A DNA stretch of 64,000 nt from Lingula anatina (lineage: Eukaryota; Animalia; Brachiopoda): assembly GCA_051362555.1 (NCBI GenBank), contig CM120644.1, positions 18,436,534 through 18,500,533 of the forward strand. The letters are read 5' to 3'. Under the pieces are notes generated by a model. It was not told the origin of the DNA and did no database searches. It saw only the letters and a program-made list of their open reading frames with translations. Of this stretch, positions 59,926 through 64,000 are shown one piece after another; position 1 is the first letter of the stretch; each line of letters opens with the position of its first letter. The position numbers and the translations under genes are program-made.

Positions 59926-61661
59926 AGGATAATGGAGACATGCAAGCCAACCTTGCAAAGCTGCGACAGCTCTCTGAGGATGACAAAAATGAATGTGCCA
60001 TGCTGCGGTCCAGGATAGACGAACAGTCCCAACTCATTATGATATTAAAAAGACGAGCTGACGAGGCCACGGAGAAAATACAGACTTTGCAAAGGATACG
60101 CTCCGAATTGGAAGATTTCAGAGATCATGCAAAGTTTGAAATCGACCAAGAATTGAAAAAGTACTCTATGCTCGAGGCAAGGTTTAATGATCTAGCAGAC
60201 AATCATCAAGAGTTGATCAAATTTAAGGATGAGTATAAGAAAATGAATGATGCCTTAAGACAGGAAAATGCAAAGCTCAGGGATGAGAATGACAGACTTT
60301 TTAACAAAGCTGTCAGTGACAGAGATGAGCGTATAAAAGATCTAGAAAAAGAACTTCAACACAAGTATTACCACATCAATGAGCTGGATAAGAAAATTGC
60401 CCTACAGAAGGACCAGAATACTGCAGTTGATAATAAATACAGGTAAACTAGCTCAATATATTTTAATATTAAAATATAGTAGGCACACTGCTATTATGAT
60501 TAATCACTCACGTTAGTTGCATTTGGCTTTACATGCTGATTAACGATGTGATAGGCAATTGAAATTGATGTGGATGAATCAACATTGAAAGTGTGATCTT
60601 GATTCAGTGTTGAAGACAAACCAAGTTAAAATACTGAGTCATGTTAATAAGCATTAGACTTTGATCAACAATATAATGACCCCCTTCCAAATGCTTTACA
60701 TATTTCTTCACAAATGAAAGAGAAAATTTAAAGTGTTTTTATTATATGAAAAAATTAAAAATACTAGTATACCTTTTTTTATTGCCACCAATATTGATTT
60801 ATTTTTTCTGTGTTCAGGAAATATGATAATGATAAAATTGTATGTGATAGGTCACAATATGGATGAAGAATATATATATATATATTTATTGCATCATGTT
60901 ATGTATTCGCACTGTGCAAATCACTCGCAACTGGTGTAACGGTTATGATAATATTTATGTTTTGACTGCTGACATTGCAAAAATAAAAAAGTGCCAGTAA
61001 GACATTTAATTGAAAGAAGTGTACTAGCAGCCAGCCATTTACTCTCGTAAATCAAAATGAAACAAAAATCTCTTTCCTCAGCAATGCAGTAAGCTACTGG
61101 TACATAAATACAGTATTTGTTTTCTTATTGCAGGTCCATGCAAGAAGAGATAAAAATGAGTGAAGAAAGACACAGGTCTGAGATGAAAAATTTACAACAA
61201 AAGCTTCAGGACACAGAGGAGAGATTGAAAGGTACATGTTTCCACATGGTCTGTACTGAAACTGAAGTTACTTGATTATTTCTCAGCTGTTGAAAATTAC
61301 TTTTTACTTTTAATTTTATTTAAGTACCAGTAATAATTTTTAAAATGATGCATACTTGGATTAATGTAGACGTGAACTTATTAGGATATCTACCATGTTG
61401 GCATTTTTGTTAATTATTTTAGAAAAAAACTAAAATCTATTTCTAGTATATTGTATGTTTCTTCAGCTGCCAATGCCAGGATACAGGGGCAGTTGGAAAG
61501 TAAAAAGAGTGAAGATCTTGAAGCCAACAAGAAGATTCAGCAGTTACAGAAAGAGAAGGATGAAATGCTGGATCTTGCCATGCAGAGAGGGAAGCTTGTG
61601 CAGGTACTGAGGATGCAACTTTTAGATAAATGGCACATAATGAGTTACTCTACCTTTCTGT

Positions 61662-61719
<58 letters not shown>

Positions 61720-62982
61720 AAAGAAAGAAAGGGAAAAATTCTGGAAATTTCAGCAATTTTCCATTTATCAACAAAGTTAAGGATTGAGTAAAATATACAT
61801 TTGTATAGCAAAAAGGAAGGAAGAAAAAGTCCAAGAAAAGTCAGCAATTTTTCATTTATGAACAAAGTAAAATATTAATACCTTTACATAGCAAAAAGAA
61901 AAGGAAGGGAATGAAAAATCCTGGAAATTTCAGGATTTTTCATGCATCATCAAAGTAAATTCTATGCATAACAGCAGGCAATGGCTTATTGTGTGCTCTA
62001 CATCTCTTTTTACAGAAAGAACAGTCTGAAAACAAAAAGTTGCAGAAGAAAATTGAAGAACTGGAGAAAGCAGTGCAGGATATGGAGGCAAAGTTTGAGT
62101 AAGTTGTTAAATACCCACGGCTGCCTTAACCAAAAGAATTAAGACTTAAAGTTGGTCTCAACTTTGAAAACTTAAAATTGTGACATAATTCAATTCAGTA
62201 TACAAACAATGTACATGTATATATTGGTCTACTAAAATCAAGTGATTATCAGTGTAAAATATTATAATATTTAAAATAAAAACAACCACAATTATTTGTT
62301 GAAGTGAACTACAAGTGTTTTAACAGTTGAGACCACCTTGAGTCAAAAAAGGCTAAAAATGTTAGTCTTAAAGTTAGAACCCTCTGTGTTAATCAGCAGA
62401 ATTCAGTCTATTACAAGTAGAAGGCTACAGTGATTATGTTGGAGTCATACAGGTCCCATGTAAAAATAAGGGATGGGGGCAGGCACTGTGTATGGCTAAA
62501 TTTCCTCTCTCTATCTTGGGAGAGATATCTCAGATTTTATCTCAGCACACTGTTTCATGGTTCTTTTTTTTTTTCATGTAGGCGCGAAGCAGCCATGGTG
62601 AATGCGAATCTCCGAGTGAGAAAAATGCAGGAGGAAATGGAGGATGCTGTGGAGAGAAGAGATGAACTGGAAAAGGTAAAATTTGCCTGAAAATAATTAT
62701 GTAAGAATTTACTATAAGTGTGAGGAATTTGGTCTTGGTTATCAGAAAAGAAAGGCAGAGGATTGCTAAGTTAAAAACCTTAAATAGTCTTATTTGTAGC
62801 TATTAGGTTAAGCCTTGACATTTTGAAGATCTTTGAATATGCTGTTGAACTTATCCTGTTATTTTTTATATTTAATTATTTTTTCTTTTCTTCAGGAGTT
62901 TGAAGCCTACAAGAAACATTCCAGCTCACTTCTGCAGAAAGAGAGAGAACTCAATGCAAAGCTGAGACATTTAATGGGATGA
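59325..62982 (+). CDS. CCDC89: Coiled-coil domain-containing protein 89, ~354 aa. Exons 59325-59375, 59928-60442, 61134-61231, 61467-61603, 62016-62098, 62582-62675, 62896-62982
   Basis: MLRSRIDEQSQLIMILKRRADE, LEARFNDLADNHQELIKFKDEYK and EFEAYKKHSSSLLQKERELNAKLRHL match the CCDC89 family as I recall it; phases consistent. Confidence 0.88.
61665..61960. repeat. A-homopolymer (~53 nt) followed by three degenerate ~85-95-bp tandem repeats in a CCDC89 intron
   Basis: Variants of gaaaaattctggaaatttcagcaattttccatttatcaacaaagt at ~61733, ~61823 and ~61913, each preceded by tagcaaaaa. Confidence 0.75.
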
Positions 62983-64000
62983 CAAAACTAATGAACTTGT
63001 GGTCATTACATGCACTTATCAGCTCACAAGAATTTTTTCAAGTGATGATGGTATTTGTTAGAAAGAGGGAGAAATAGGACTAAAGCTGAGAAATGTGATG
63101 GAATGAAAAAGGAAATCTTTGCTCTTTGCTGTTGGTAGTTTTGTTAATGACTTGAGACAGCTGTTTGTATTGAATGAGAATTCTATAGTCAGCAGCCTAT
63201 TCCAGAAAGGCTTATTTCCTGTTCTAGAAGGGAAATGGTCTCTCATGTACAGTGCCTAATGTTAATGATTGTAAATACTGATTGTCAATCTTAAAGTAGA
63301 CAGGACATACCAAGAAACAAACACCTTTCACATCAACATCTTCAGTGAATGGTTGATGGTGTCATCCTTCCATAAAAATTTGTGATTTTCATGTTAAGTC
63401 ATCTTTCATATTGCAAGATACCTAATTCTTATTGGACCTATGACGCATGCATAATTTGCTCTTCATATATTTTTTTCAAATTACATTTTATACGTATTAT
63501 TATTATACTGTTTTTCTATAAACAGATACAGTACTATTTATGGTACCATATTTGCACTGCTGCCTTATTATATTTAAAAGAATGTTCATCCGTTCAATCA
63601 TAACAATTTCATGAACATGCAAAACAGTCCTGCTAGATATTTTCTACAGTCACTGTAGATGATATGCCGTGTACTTTGTGCCTTTAAAGTTAGATGTTGT
63701 AATGTTAAGGAAAGGCATTCTAAATGTTAGTATGCAAAAGTTTCTTTTTTATGGTTATTTTTCTTTTCTTTTTTTTTTTTTTATACACACTTGCCCATTT
63801 TTAGCTTGACAAAACAATCAAGTTTTTTAAAAGGGGTCAAGTCTAGTTTGAGTGTGCCTTCCTATGTTGGTTATCCAGACCAACTATACTGCATTTAGTT
63901 GCATATGTTTAATGAGACAACATATTACAAAACTGTTACATTAATTATGAAGTCATTCATATATATGTGCTGTCACGTCACATTTGCTGATATCTAGTAA

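Overview
AT-rich, intron-rich animal genomic DNA, probably an invertebrate (lophotrochozoan/mollusc-like, inferred from repeat types). Five spliced genes were reconstructed by hand with consistent intron phases. (1) The 3' part of methylmalonyl-CoA mutase (MMUT, +, ends 7326). (2) A complete 35-exon, ~2274-aa divergent Mi-2/CHD3-4-5 remodeler (-, 35418..9811) containing a U12-type intron. (3) Head-to-head with it, peroxisomal carnitine O-octanoyltransferase (CROT, +, 15 coding exons, ~617 aa, C-terminal ARL). (4) A 3-exon, ~687-aa secreted somatomedin-B/Cys-rich protein with a probable GPI tail. (5) A 7-exon CCDC89. Introns and intergenic DNA hold a Helentron-like (HINE) satellite carrier, a deleted hAT with a 6-bp TSD, a 2.5-kb TIR element with a 4-bp TSD, a tRNA-SINE, and a cluster of nested PIF/Harbinger and hAT MITEs. 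The most unusual signal is recurrent 'exon echoes': ~45-130-bp tandem duplications spanning splice sites in MMUT, CHD and CROT. They range from near-identical to heavily decayed, and several could splice in frame. All coordinates come from manual reading; no searches were run.
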